A stretch of DNA of 45,570 nt from a virus (IMGVR_UViG_3300027740_000116:1-45570); one strand, 5' to 3'. Counted from the first letter of the stretch, positions 24,099-33,484 are shown. Notes: generated from the letters alone by a model not told the origin. Made by a program: numbers and translations.

Positions 24099-24123
24099 GC
24101 CAAAAACAAAAAAGGATGCTGAG

Positions 24124-24354
24124 ATGTTGGCTGAAATGAATATCACCCGAAAAAACCACGTATCGAAATTAGCTAAAGCGAAGGGGTGGAATAGAGCACG
24201 GTTTATCCGCGAGGCGCGCTACCAGACAATGATCTCGGAGCGAACCCTGGAAAGGGCCTATGACGGCGAACTCGATCTAAGCCTGATCACCGTGGAGCAG
24301 ATCGCCAAACTCTTCGGCGTTTCCAAGGATGAAGTGCTGGAGTCGGTCTGGTAA
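24124..24354 (+). CDS. XRE/Cro-C1 HTH regulator (repressor candidate)
   Basis: ISERTLERAYDG...LITVEQIAKLFGVS..EVL; ATG 24124 has an AAGGA RBS, whereas the listed ATG 24097 lies inside the -10 box. Confidence 0.8.
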   Translation: MLAEMNITRKNHVSKLAKAKGWNRARFIREARYQTMISERTLERAYDGELDLSLITVEQIAKLFGVSKDEVLESVW

Positions 24355-24381
24355 TCGGAACTGCACTGTAAATCAATCCTT

Positions 24382-24408
24382 GGCACTGTAACGTTCGGTT
24401 ACAGTGCC
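24382..24408. repeat. Perfect inverted repeat (operator, recombination site or hairpin)
   Basis: GGCACTGTAAC-GTTCG-GTTACAGTGCC; extra half-site GCACTGTAA at 24363. Confidence 0.6.
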
Positions 24409-24438
24409 TTCTACGATCAGTCCGCGGTGGATAGACAA

Positions 24439-24474
24439 CCGCCAAAATTCAGTACTTGAATTTTGGCGGCTTTT
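24439..24474 (+). terminator. Terminator between the convergent repressor and tail genes
   Basis: CCGCCAAAATTCA-GTACT-TGAATTTTGGCGG followed by CTTTT. Confidence 0.65.
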
Positions 24475-24629
24475 CGTGTATCATTATGGCGACCTCTCTA
24501 CCTGAGAAGGGAGCGTGACGGCTTCACTGCACCGACCTTCATTCCAGATTTGGTGATCCTGTAGACAATCAGAGACGGTATCCTGCAACAGCCTCCCCGA
24601 GGTTCCGAGCCAAATGGGGAGGTTGTGCT

Positions 24630-25052
24630 TTATTTCAATGGCGCGCCGTTCTCCGGCAGATCCGGCCAGACCTGGTCCCGTATGGCGATTTCCATCTTCG
24701 CCAGCCTGTCCAGCACAATACTCATCTTGATCAACATCGCCTTGGCGTCTGCCAGGTTCCCGATGGCGTTGATCTTTGCCGCGGAAATATTGGCGTCGCG
24801 CCAGGCGGCCCACTGCGCCTGATCCCAGGCGGCCCAGTCCGGGATTGCCTTCGCGGTGATGATGGCGGCTGTCCTCCGCGCCTTCACGCGCGCCCATCTC
24901 ACCATATCCACCACACAATCGGCAATGTCCGCCTCGGTCAGGTCGGGCAGGCCGGGGCAGACCAGCTGCCCACCCTCGATCCAGAAATCATCTGTGTTGA
25001 ATTTTTCAGCGAACTTTGCGCCATCGAAATCAGCGGGAATGGAAATTGGCAT
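24630..25052 (-). CDS. Tail-fibre-associated / chaperone-like protein
   Basis: 140 aa; last gene of the virion operon; function inferred from position. Confidence 0.55.
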   Translation of the reverse strand: MPISIPADFDGAKFAEKFNTDDFWIEGGQLVCPGLPDLTEADIADCVVDMVRWARVKARRTAAIITAKAIPDWAAWDQAQWAAWRDANISAAKINAIGNLADAKAMLIKMSIVLDRLAKMEIAIRDQVWPDLPENGAPLK

Positions 25053-25060
25053 TCGGCCTC

Positions 25061-25750
25061 TTACGAAATATAGATGTCAACCTCGATCACAACATTGGTC
25101 GGGTTCGTTACCCAGGCCGGCGTCACCAGCTTGACCTCCAGGTAATCCTCTGCTGCAACCGCGATCGTCAAACCGGTGACAGAGAACGTCGCGCTGCCAC
25201 CGCCCACCTGGTTGATGGTGAACGCCGAGGACAATGTTGTGTCCGTGGTGTTGTTGAGCCGCAGCGAGATGGTCATCACCTCGTTCGATCCCTGGGTGCC
25301 GGTGTTGTTTCCCACGGAAATATCAACGCGCGTAACTGTCCCGGCGCGCGGGACCATGATCTTGCGTATCGCAGCGGTCGTCGCGCCCACGTTCACGAAC
25401 GGACGCCCGAAGTAATAGGTAGTGCTGTCCGCCGGGTTGAACACGTTCTGCCCGCCGCGCAGCACATAGGGTGAATACTGCCAGGATGGGCTGGCGTCGA
25501 CGCCGCCTGTGTGCAAAAACTTGCCTACCAGTCCGGCCGCCAGGCGCTGCAAGCCGGAGGCGTCCCGGTAGAGGATATCACCATGCGTGGTCAGGGTGAT
25601 TGCAGCGTACAGGGCTGCCAAAGTGCTCTTCAGGACTGAGAACGCATACTGGAAGGATGTCCCGTCCGCCTGCTCGCCCTCGAAAACATCGTCGTCCGAG
25701 AGAGAGACGGTTTCCTCTGCGGTGATCTGGGAAATTTTCTTGTTGGCCAT
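25061..25750 (-). CDS. Tail fibre / spike-like protein
   Basis: MANKKISQIT N-terminus; LTTHGDILYR...RLAAG..G..L...G....PSW fibre repeat; beta-rich C-terminal domain. Confidence 0.65.
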   Translation of the reverse strand: MANKKISQITAEETVSLSDDDVFEGEQADGTSFQYAFSVLKSTLAALYAAITLTTHGDILYRDASGLQRLAAGLVGKFLHTGGVDASPSWQYSPYVLRGGQNVFNPADSTTYYFGRPFVNVGATTAAIRKIMVPRAGTVTRVDISVGNNTGTQGSNEVMTISLRLNNTTDTTLSSAFTINQVGGGSATFSVTGLTIAVAAEDYLEVKLVTPAWVTNPTNVVIEVDIYIS

Positions 25751-25751
25751 G

Positions 25752-25985
25752 TCACGCTCCTGCGCTCACATTGAGCAGGTGCCCCGGCACCTTGATCGCT
25801 ATCACTTCCGGGTAACTGAAGATCGCGTCGTCGATCACCCGCACCGAACCATCCGAGGTCACGCGCGTGTCCCCGTCGCTCAGAACGCGTGTGCATTCCA
25901 GGATGTTCTGCTGCCGGGTGGCCGTGAGCGCCGGCAGGGGGATGTGCACGATGTTGTTGGGTAGTTTTACGGTTGCATATCCCAT
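25752..25985 (-). CDS. Hypothetical virion-module protein
   Basis: 77 aa filling the gap between tightly packed genes. Confidence 0.55.
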   Translation of the reverse strand: MGYATVKLPNNIVHIPLPALTATRQQNILECTRVLSDGDTRVTSDGSVRVIDDAIFSYPEVIAIKVPGHLLNVSAGA

Positions 25986-25987
25986 CG

Positions 25988-26668
25988 TTACCCCAGCATG
26001 AATCCGAAGTTGGCGCTTGTGACGACGCGCGCCGCGCCGCTGTCCTGCCAGACCCAGAACTTGCAGTAATCGCCGTCGTCGAACCGGTCCAGGAAGAGGA
26101 ATGCGAAATTGGTCCAGTCGCTTGGGCTGGCATCCACATCGAACGAGTACCCGCCCAGCGAGACATCATCCTTGTCGAAGAACTCGATGTAAATATAACG
26201 CGAGCCGTCCGCATCCGTACCGAAGCCAAAATCGCCAAAAAAAATAATGGGGTACAGGGCTGGCACCCAATCCTGTTTCGTGAAGCGGTCCGTGTAGCCC
26301 TCGACCCATTTCGCGCAGCCGTACTGGTTTGTGGATTGGCTGTTGATCAGCCCGCGCGTGTCGGTGAAATCGATCAGTGTCTGGACGCCGTTAGGGACGC
26401 TGGTCACGGTGGTGAAACTGAACAGGATCGCGCGCGCCGGGGAGACGTGGAACTGTGTTTCTTCGGCGGTGATGCGCTGCATCTTCAACGACATGGGCTC
26501 GCCTGTCTGCATGGATTTGATCATCGCGTCACGCTGCGCCATCTCGTTGAATTGCTGCTGCAGGGTGTCCAGCTCCACAACGGAATAAGGCGAGGTGCCG
26601 CCCGGGTTTTTGACCCCTTCGAACAGGCCGCGCAGGATATCGCCGTAGCGGGTGGTGGTCGGGGGCAT
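25988..26668 (-). CDS. Putative tail protein
   Basis: 226 aa from MPPTTTRY; TGATG-coupled; beta-sandwich-like C-terminus. Confidence 0.6.
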   Translation of the reverse strand: MPPTTTRYGDILRGLFEGVKNPGGTSPYSVVELDTLQQQFNEMAQRDAMIKSMQTGEPMSLKMQRITAEETQFHVSPARAILFSFTTVTSVPNGVQTLIDFTDTRGLINSQSTNQYGCAKWVEGYTDRFTKQDWVPALYPIIFFGDFGFGTDADGSRYIYIEFFDKDDVSLGGYSFDVDASPSDWTNFAFLFLDRFDDGDYCKFWVWQDSGAARVVTSANFGFMLG

Positions 26669-26991
26669 CACAAGCCTTTCATCGACACGAATTCCAGATT
26701 CTGGTACAGGATGTACACGCCGGCACTGTGCGAGACCGCCAGGAAGTAGGTGTAACGCCCGGGCGGGATCGAGCCGGTGCCCACCTCGCCGGTCGTGACC
26801 TGCCCGCCCGAACACGACGGGGAGCCGGTCACGTAGCTGGAATCCAGGTTGGAGGTGGTGTCTTTCGCCATCAGGTAATCGGCGACGGCCGTCACGGTCA
26901 GGGAGCCGCTCTCCGGCACCAGGTTGATCGTCTTCTTCCACGTGCCGCCGATCACCAGGGTCTGGATGGGGGAAATTTCAATCGCGTTCAT
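26668..26991 (-). CDS. Small beta-rich virion-module protein
   Basis: 107 aa from MNAIEISP; ATGA-coupled. Confidence 0.6.
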   Translation of the reverse strand: MNAIEISPIQTLVIGGTWKKTINLVPESGSLTVTAVADYLMAKDTTSNLDSSYVTGSPSCSGGQVTTGEVGTGSIPPGRYTYFLAVSHSAGVYILYQNLEFVSMKGL

Positions 26992-29585
26992 GTGGGCAGG
27001 TACTCCATGTAAATCTGAAAAACGCCGCTCCAGCCGGTCTCGGGGTCGAAGGTCGTGATATTGGAGTTCGGCTCGGCAGGGAGGATCACGCGCTTGCCGT
27101 GCAGGAAGTGGAAGATGCTCTCCACGTCCACGGTCTCGGCAAGCAGGATGCGCCCGACGACCCACTCGAAGATTTCCTCGCCCGTCACATCCTCCTCTTC
27201 CACTGCGTTGACGTCCAGCATCAGGGCGGACTGCTGTTTTGTGCGTGTGAAGAGCGAGAGCGCCAGATTCTCCACGATCGGCGGGTTGGAGGCTTCGTTG
27301 CTCTCTATCCTCAGGCGCGGCCGGATCTTGTACTGGGAGCCCCGATTCAACTCCACCTTGTCCTGCGGGCTGATTCCGAAGCTGCCGGCGTTGATCCAGG
27401 TCGTCCCGGCGATATTGTCGTTCATCTGGTAGTCGAGGGCGACCTCCCGCCCGTACACGGAGGCGGTGTCGGCGTTGGCAAGTTTCTTCGAGGCGAGTGC
27501 AAAGTAGGAGAAGAACTTTGGGTCGTTGTTGAGCAGGTCGATGGTGGCGAGCTCGATCACCGCTTCATGCTGGTACGCCATCCCCGTATCCAGGACCGGG
27601 CGCACGCCGAACAGCGGCATCTCCTGGTAGAGCAACTCGCCGGCACATTCATAAGCCACATGGGCGCGCGTGTCGGTAAAGTTCAGCCAGGCACCGTTCC
27701 GCATCCGGCGCCCCGCGGCGTGGGCGCGCGCCTGCTCGTGCCAGGTGCGGTCCTGCAGTCCCATGCGCATCAGGGAAGAGGTGCCACTATCGCCGGCGTC
27801 CACCACCGCAAAGAGCCAGCCCTTCTCGGACCACAGATCCACAATGTACCCGGCGCGCCCTGAAGGCAGGTTGAAAGGCAGGTTCATTGGGTAGGCGTTG
27901 GAGCCGGAGAGCAGGAAAACGTCATGCTCGGCGGCGATGTAGAACTGCCCATCCGCGCCGGTGCAGGCCGCCACCCCGTTCATAATGTTCGGGCTGGCGT
28001 CGGCGCCGTAGCGGGTTTCGATGGGGATGGTGCCGGAGAGGGTGTAGAGGGCATCTTCCTTGGCAACGTAAGTCTGGTTGGAGTGCTTGTACAGTCCTGT
28101 GATGCGGTAGGTGTTGTCGCCGATCAGGATGGAAGCCAGGAACGTCATGTCGGTGCCGAAGGTCAGAGGTACACTGGCCGGGGAGGTGGGCGCAAACCCG
28201 ACCGAGATCGCCTTCCCGTTCGGCGCGCCGGAAGAGGTGGCGACGATGTTGGCGCGCGCCATCGCGGGTCCCAGGGTGGCGTCGAAGGAAGGACTGAGGA
28301 AGTAGGCGCGGTTGTGTTTGGTGTTCTCCGCATCGAAGCCGTGGTCATTGGCGTTGGTGTAGTTCATCTGCATGATGCGGATGTCCACAGAGTCGTCCTG
28401 CGGGAAGTACACCGTCCCGTTGGCATAGACCGGTTTGGAAGAGACCCACCCGAGCCCGTGCCCGGTGATCTCGCGCGTCCAGCTCCCGCCGTAGATCACA
28501 TATTCCGAGGTGGCGTCCGGGGTCACGTCCCAGCTGCTCGAGACCGTGATGATCGTAAGGGTGTTGGAGGAGATCGTGCGCACCTGCCCGCGGCCCGTCC
28601 CGCGCACGATCCGGATCTTCCAGTCCGAGAAGTCCGGGAACGCCCCCCCGTACTGCCCCGCGCCGGTGTCGGTCAGGGTCGCCGCGCCGCCAGCCGTCGC
28701 CCGGCCGCGGCACCCGAAGATGTAGAGGTGTGACGCGGCGCGGTCGTGGCGGCTGGTCACACAGTACCAGGCGCCGTCGAAGGGGAAGAGGAACAGGTTC
28801 TGGTTGACGTCCTCGTCGGTGATGCGGTAATAGGGGGAATAGGTGGTCGCGGCCCAGGTGGAATTGTCTGCCGAGTTCAAACCGGCGGCCGCGCTGTCGC
28901 AGAGCACCTCCCAGCAGTTGTTCGGGTTGTCCGCTGCCGCGCCGTAGAGCTTGATGTGGTAGGCGGTCCCCGATGTGACTGCCAGGACTGTGGTGGGCTT
29001 GAATTCGAGATAATAACTGATGGTGTCGGGCGCGTCCGTAATCGTCTTGGTCACGGTCTTGGAGGCGGCGTCCGGCTCGCCGGCCGAGTCGGCGCACCAC
29101 TCCTGTGTCAGCGTCCCGGGCGTGCCTTTACGCCGCAGGATCAGGAAGCAGCGCTGCCGGTTGGAGTCGGCGGAGGCGGTGAACAGGACGTCCAGGTAAC
29201 GGCGGTTTGTGTCGCTCCCGCTGCCGGGGTAGAGCGGGATCCATTTGTGGGTATCGCCGGGAGCGGGCATGTTCATCTCTGCATCCCGCATACCGGTGTA
29301 CCAGCGGATCAGTGGGGCAGGGTGCAGTTTATTTGGCGTCGAGGTCCAGGCGTTCAGGGAGTCGTAGAAGTTATAGGCGTTCGGCGTCCAGACTTCCGCG
29401 CCTCTCCCGTTGTGCCACGAGTTCTGCTCCAGTTTGACCACCGGAGGCTGGCGAGCCGGCGGGATGATGCGCGCGGACGAGGCGCCGTTCAACAGGTGCA
29501 GCCCGTAGCGCTTGCCGTTCGCGCCCAGGACGATCTCGTGCGAGTAGTCGTCGCTGCCCGGTTCGACGCCGTAGATATCCTGCAT
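26988..29585 (-). CDS. Large tail protein (nozzle / tail tubular B-like)
   Basis: 865 aa, beta-rich; follows the adaptor-like gene; contains a IRIVRGTGRGQVRTI.SNT...TV...W...PD.TSEYVI repeat domain. Confidence 0.6.
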   Translation of the reverse strand: MQDIYGVEPGSDDYSHEIVLGANGKRYGLHLLNGASSARIIPPARQPPVVKLEQNSWHNGRGAEVWTPNAYNFYDSLNAWTSTPNKLHPAPLIRWYTGMRDAEMNMPAPGDTHKWIPLYPGSGSDTNRRYLDVLFTASADSNRQRCFLILRRKGTPGTLTQEWCADSAGEPDAASKTVTKTITDAPDTISYYLEFKPTTVLAVTSGTAYHIKLYGAAADNPNNCWEVLCDSAAAGLNSADNSTWAATTYSPYYRITDEDVNQNLFLFPFDGAWYCVTSRHDRAASHLYIFGCRGRATAGGAATLTDTGAGQYGGAFPDFSDWKIRIVRGTGRGQVRTISSNTLTIITVSSSWDVTPDATSEYVIYGGSWTREITGHGLGWVSSKPVYANGTVYFPQDDSVDIRIMQMNYTNANDHGFDAENTKHNRAYFLSPSFDATLGPAMARANIVATSSGAPNGKAISVGFAPTSPASVPLTFGTDMTFLASILIGDNTYRITGLYKHSNQTYVAKEDALYTLSGTIPIETRYGADASPNIMNGVAACTGADGQFYIAAEHDVFLLSGSNAYPMNLPFNLPSGRAGYIVDLWSEKGWLFAVVDAGDSGTSSLMRMGLQDRTWHEQARAHAAGRRMRNGAWLNFTDTRAHVAYECAGELLYQEMPLFGVRPVLDTGMAYQHEAVIELATIDLLNNDPKFFSYFALASKKLANADTASVYGREVALDYQMNDNIAGTTWINAGSFGISPQDKVELNRGSQYKIRPRLRIESNEASNPPIVENLALSLFTRTKQQSALMLDVNAVEEEDVTGEEIFEWVVGRILLAETVDVESIFHFLHGKRVILPAEPNSNITTFDPETGWSGVFQIYMEYLPT

Positions 29586-30436
29586 TACATCCTGCCCAGT
29601 TCATGTGTGCGAGTGCGCCCGGCCGGCAGGGTGCGCACCGGGTTCTCGGCCTTCGCCCTCTCCGCCCGCTGTATGATATCGTTGTACATCCCCATCTTTG
29701 TTTTATCGACATACCAGCTCGGGCGCTTGCGCATGAGCATCTCCCAGGCGGCCTGCGAGCACACGGCGATCACCAGTTCCTCCGGGTACTTCTCCGAGAT
29801 CGAGTCGGAGTAGAGCGAGAGGGCGGTCTGCTTTCCGAGATACGTGACCTCAATGGTGTCGTCGTCCGGCTGGGTAAGGAAGACCAGTTTCTCGACGCTG
29901 CCGGCCGCCGCCGGGCGGATGCGGTAATCCGTCTTCTTCTGGTAGCCGTCTGTGGCGTTACCGATCCGTACTTCCTGGATCTCGTAGCCCTTGGTCGCCA
30001 CCGGCAGGCTGTATTCCAGGGTGTTGGCGGCGCCGGTCAGGGACACATCGGAGAGCTGCACAGGGGGCAGCCGGCGCATCCCCTCGTTGACCCGCGCGAT
30101 CATCTCGTAGAGCGGGATGGTCGGCTTCATCACGGAGTAGATGTCTCCCGCCGCGACCGCCGCGCTCACGGTGGGGATCGTGAAGGTCGGGGTGGAGGCG
30201 GAGAGTGTAAAAGATGAGACGACTCCGAACTCTGCTTCGGGCGCGGCGCGGTCTGTGGACTGGGAGACGAACAGGACATGCCCGCCGTTATTGCCCTGGG
30301 CATAGTAGCCGTCGCCCTTCCTGTTGATGATGCCGGTGTCCACCACCGTCGTGGCGGAGCCGCCGGTCGCGGCGCGGCGCAGCGCCAGCAATCCGCAGTT
30401 GAGATAGACTTCTTCGAGCAACTTTCCAAAGTTCAT
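29585..30436 (-). CDS. Head-tail adaptor (tail tubular A-like)
   Basis: 283 aa; MNFGKLLEEV start and VNEGMRRL...EYSLP pattern typical of podoviral adaptors; position. Confidence 0.55.
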   Translation of the reverse strand: MNFGKLLEEVYLNCGLLALRRAATGGSATTVVDTGIINRKGDGYYAQGNNGGHVLFVSQSTDRAAPEAEFGVVSSFTLSASTPTFTIPTVSAAVAAGDIYSVMKPTIPLYEMIARVNEGMRRLPPVQLSDVSLTGAANTLEYSLPVATKGYEIQEVRIGNATDGYQKKTDYRIRPAAAGSVEKLVFLTQPDDDTIEVTYLGKQTALSLYSDSISEKYPEELVIAVCSQAAWEMLMRKRPSWYVDKTKMGMYNDIIQRAERAKAENPVRTLPAGRTRTHELGRM

Positions 30437-30690
30437 TTACGCCTCTTCCGCTTCGGCTTCGAGTTGGCGATCCGCGCCGCGGCGCGCCGTAAAGCCTCGT
30501 ATTCCTGTTTTGGATACCAGACCTCATTCCACCAGAAATACAGCGTGCCGTTCATTCTCTTCCGGTCTCCGTTCCTGTGCCTGACCAGTCTAATCTTGAC
30601 GCGCTGATGGAACGAGTTCTGGTGGTACTTCTTTTCGTGAAAGGTGGGTCCGTAGTAGTCCGGATCCTGGGATGTGTTCTCGCCTTCCAT
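30433..30690 (-). CDS. Small basic hypothetical protein
   Basis: 85 aa, coupled to the downstream gene. Confidence 0.55.
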   Translation of the reverse strand: MEGENTSQDPDYYGPTFHEKKYHQNSFHQRVKIRLVRHRNGDRKRMNGTLYFWWNEVWYPKQEYEALRRAAARIANSKPKRKRRK

Positions 30691-30699
30691 CGCTTATCC

Positions 30700-31062
30700 C
30701 TACGAAGCAGTGACCAGGGCTGTGGATGGGACAGATGTGCCCTTCGCGGTAGCCGTCACCGACCCGGTCGTCCAATCCAGCCGGGCACGGAACCGGTGCA
30801 GTCCAGCCACATTGATTACATACAAACCGACGGCGGTTGCGGTCAGGGCTTTGACGCCGGTGGTGCGGTTCCAGCCCAGGACCCCGATCCAGTTCGTCCC
30901 GTCCACGGTCCCCTCGAAGTACACAATCACACTCGTCAGGGTCCCTGAAAGCTGGACGCAGACCGTCGCCAGCCCCTCGCAGGGGACGAACATCCCGTCG
31001 GCGTCCGCCCCCGCGGAAGTATACAAGTCAACGGGACCGAGTTCGAAATGTCTTTGGGTCAT
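30700..31062 (-). CDS. Beta-sandwich virion protein (head-fibre base-like)
   Basis: VQLSGT....VYFEGTVDGTNW...G...FRARL..TTGSVTATA pattern; AAGGAG RBS. Confidence 0.55.
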   Translation of the reverse strand: MTQRHFELGPVDLYTSAGADADGMFVPCEGLATVCVQLSGTLTSVIVYFEGTVDGTNWIGVLGWNRTTGVKALTATAVGLYVINVAGLHRFRARLDWTTGSVTATAKGTSVPSTALVTAS

Positions 31063-31071
31063 TTTCGCTCC

Positions 31072-31260
31072 TTACTGCCATTCTCCGAAATAGGTTTCGA
31101 TCACCGGCTTCACCAGGGCGGCTTCTTCCGGCGTGAATGTGATCCACTGCCCGTCCACCAGGACCATATAAATCCCCGTCAACAACTCCTGAATGGCTGA
31201 GATCCTTTCCATCTCGATCACGACAGTTCGCGCGATCGGCATCAGGGTCATGTCTGACAT
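31072..31260 (-). CDS. Small hypothetical protein
   Basis: 62 aa; GGAGG RBS. Confidence 0.55.
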   Translation of the reverse strand: MSDMTLMPIARTVVIEMERISAIQELLTGIYMVLVDGQWITFTPEEAALVKPVIETYFGEWQ

Positions 31261-31261
31261 T

Positions 31262-31774
31262 TCAACCTCCGTTCCACGCCAGCGCCATACCCGCGCTGGT
31301 TTTTATGTACACAGATTCCAAGTTGCTTTCATGGACTGCCGTAAAGACGCTCTTCATGTTCGCGTCGTGAAAAATAAATAAGCCATCCTCTTTGACGATC
31401 CCGCGCGCGTCCCGGATATCCTGGCTGCATTGTTCGAGGGTATGCAATCCGTCGATGAAAGCCGCGTCCAGATCCCCGACTTCTACTTTTTGGATGTCGT
31501 CGAAAAAGATCACGTTGGGAGGCAGAGTGGGGGCGACAGTCTTTTGCACCCACGGGTCGACATCCACCGTATAGACCATCCTGGCGCGGCGGGCAATTTC
31601 TCTCGTGGCCACTCCTAGTCCGGTCCCGATCTCCAGCACCCGCAAACCCCGGCACAGTTCGGAGACGATCCGCGCTTCCACTGCGTTCACGGACCAGCGC
31701 GGTTTATCCCGGCCGGGTTCGCCTGGATCGTCGGGGCAAAGGAACCCATTGGGAGCGGGGACTATCCTAAACAT
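31262..31774 (-). CDS. Class I SAM-dependent methyltransferase (Methyltransf_24-like; not a DNA MTase)
   Basis: VLEIGTGLGVAT, TVDVD, DAAFIDGLH and G..IFHD motifs. Confidence 0.85.
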   Translation of the reverse strand: MFRIVPAPNGFLCPDDPGEPGRDKPRWSVNAVEARIVSELCRGLRVLEIGTGLGVATREIARRARMVYTVDVDPWVQKTVAPTLPPNVIFFDDIQKVEVGDLDAAFIDGLHTLEQCSQDIRDARGIVKEDGLFIFHDANMKSVFTAVHESNLESVYIKTSAGMALAWNGG

Positions 31775-32480
31775 GGAACACTCCCACATGGGCGAGGTTC
31801 AGCGACCAGTCCACATGCAGGGGGATTCCAAGTTTCATCAGCTTCCGGCACAGCTTCATATCCTCGCCGCCGCCGAATGACTCGTAGGGTTCCGGACCCA
31901 GGGCCTCCGCCACTTCTCTCGTCATCAGCCAGCAACCCGCGCCCATGCCGTCCACCTTTTCCAACCCCTCGCCGGGGACATCCCGGTGCCTCCAGTGGCT
32001 CACCCCGTCCGGGGTGTCCTCGATGAAATCGTACACCGCCGGGTGATAGACCGTCTCCGGGCTTTCGGCTTCCGGGTTGATCACCTTCTTGTTCTTGTAC
32101 CAGCCTCCCACGATCGGGAGTTTGTGCGCCATAAGGATCTCGACCAGGTTCGGGGGAAATACAATATCAGAGTCGAGCATCATCAAATACGGGACGCCGG
32201 TGCTCTTCTTCACGAAGCGGCCATGGATCTCGTTCCGGGCCTGCCCGACATACGTCCCTTCGGTGGTCGCCCAGCTGTCCCAGGGCATGAAGTTGGCGTG
32301 CTTCACAAACCAGATGGTGAATTTCGAATAGCCGATCTCGTCGAACGGGACGCCCCAGCACACGGGGATGGTCCGGATTCGGATGGCGCGCTTCGCGCCG
32401 TCGATGAACTGCTCCCTGGGCGCGCCTCTCTGGAGGGCCTGGCTTACGATCTTCTGGAATGACTTGAAGCCTTTAGCCAC
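31767..32480 (-). CDS. GT-A fold glycosyltransferase-like protein
   Basis: ARNEI, YLMMLDSDIVFP (DxD), IVGGWY, GAGCWLMTREV, GEDMKLC and AHVG. Confidence 0.85.
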   Translation of the reverse strand: MAKGFKSFQKIVSQALQRGAPREQFIDGAKRAIRIRTIPVCWGVPFDEIGYSKFTIWFVKHANFMPWDSWATTEGTYVGQARNEIHGRFVKKSTGVPYLMMLDSDIVFPPNLVEILMAHKLPIVGGWYKNKKVINPEAESPETVYHPAVYDFIEDTPDGVSHWRHRDVPGEGLEKVDGMGAGCWLMTREVAEALGPEPYESFGGGEDMKLCRKLMKLGIPLHVDWSLNLAHVGVFHV

Positions 32481-32505
32481 TGATCGCCTTTCTACCCGCA
32501 GGTGT

Positions 32506-32533
32506 AAAGGGAGGCTTTCGCCTCCCTTTTTTT
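32506..32533 (-). terminator. Hairpin after the capsid and beta-helix genes
   Basis: AAAGGGAGGC-GAAA-GCCTCCCTTT on the minus strand, with a short U tail. Confidence 0.65.
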
Positions 32534-32534
32534 G

Positions 32535-33473
32535 TTACGCACCAGCCGCCGGTGCAGGATCGGCGTTGGTTGTCCCGGCTGCGGTATGGTTGCCGAGCCA
32601 GAACTGCTCTCCACCCGCATGTTCGATGGGAGTTGCAGATGACGGGACGGAAACATAGTTGTCGGCCGCGAGGGGTCCGCCCGCTGTGGTGTTGATGTCG
32701 ATGCCTTTGCAGCTCGAGCCGTTGGTTAGAGAGATCCAGTTGCGCCGGATCCACGAGTTGTAGCAGGTGTTATCCACGTCCACCAGGATGCCGGTCGTGT
32801 TTTCAACGTTGGAGTGGATGGTGTTGTTCTCGATCCAGCCGTTGATAAAGTAATGATCGGCTCCGCCATCCACCCAGATCCCGGCTGTCTTGGCGCCCTG
32901 GATGACATTCCCTTCGATGCGGCTGCCTTTCATGCTTGCCATGTGGATGCCATAGGTGGCGAGGGTTCCATCGCACTCGATCACGCAGTTCTTGATCGCG
33001 TTGTTATCCCCACCCGCGCAGTAGATGGCGGGAGCCGCGAAGTCGCAGTAGATGTGCAGGTTCTCGAGGGAGATACCCGAACCGGAGAAGGCAATCGCGG
33101 CGGTAGCGTCTGCCGCGCCGTCGTAGTTGATGGACACACCATAGTCCTTACCGGGGACCAGCGGGCCGCATCCGATGAGGCGGATGTTATAGCCGGAGAA
33201 CAGGATCTCACCCTCGTTGTAGTGACCCGGCTTCACCAGGACCACAAAGTTGCGGTTCTTGTCGGTGTAGCTGAGGGAGGTCGTCCCAAGTTCGTAGCGG
33301 GCAAAATTGAGCGCTGCCTGGAGGGTGTAATAGGGCTTCTTCCAGCTTTTCCCTCCGGTATGGGCATCGCTGCCTTTCATCTGGTCGACGCGCACAATCG
33401 TTGCGCCCGGGAACTTTACAGCCAGGACTTCATCGCTGAGGTCTGCGAAATTATGGGAGTGTATGTCGCTCAT
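32535..33473 (-). CDS. Right-handed parallel beta-helix (pectin lyase-like) protein, probable capsid decoration/spike
   Basis: G.SWKKPYYTLQAAL...VLVKPGHYNE, followed by repeated I.NC.I / IEGNVI / IENNTI coils. Confidence 0.75.
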   Translation of the reverse strand: MSDIHSHNFADLSDEVLAVKFPGATIVRVDQMKGSDAHTGGKSWKKPYYTLQAALNFARYELGTTSLSYTDKNRNFVVLVKPGHYNEGEILFSGYNIRLIGCGPLVPGKDYGVSINYDGAADATAAIAFSGSGISLENLHIYCDFAAPAIYCAGGDNNAIKNCVIECDGTLATYGIHMASMKGSRIEGNVIQGAKTAGIWVDGGADHYFINGWIENNTIHSNVENTTGILVDVDNTCYNSWIRRNWISLTNGSSCKGIDINTTAGGPLAADNYVSVPSSATPIEHAGGEQFWLGNHTAAGTTNADPAPAAGA

Positions 33474-33484
33474 GGGTTACTCCT

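Noticed and set aside
24097-24123. Listed start of the HTH regulator at 24097
   Set aside because: That ATG overlaps the TATAAT box; ATG 24124 has a properly spaced RBS
24484-26668. Diversity-generating retroelement or invertible tail-fibre system
   Set aside because: No reverse transcriptase, template/variable repeat pair or invertase is visible
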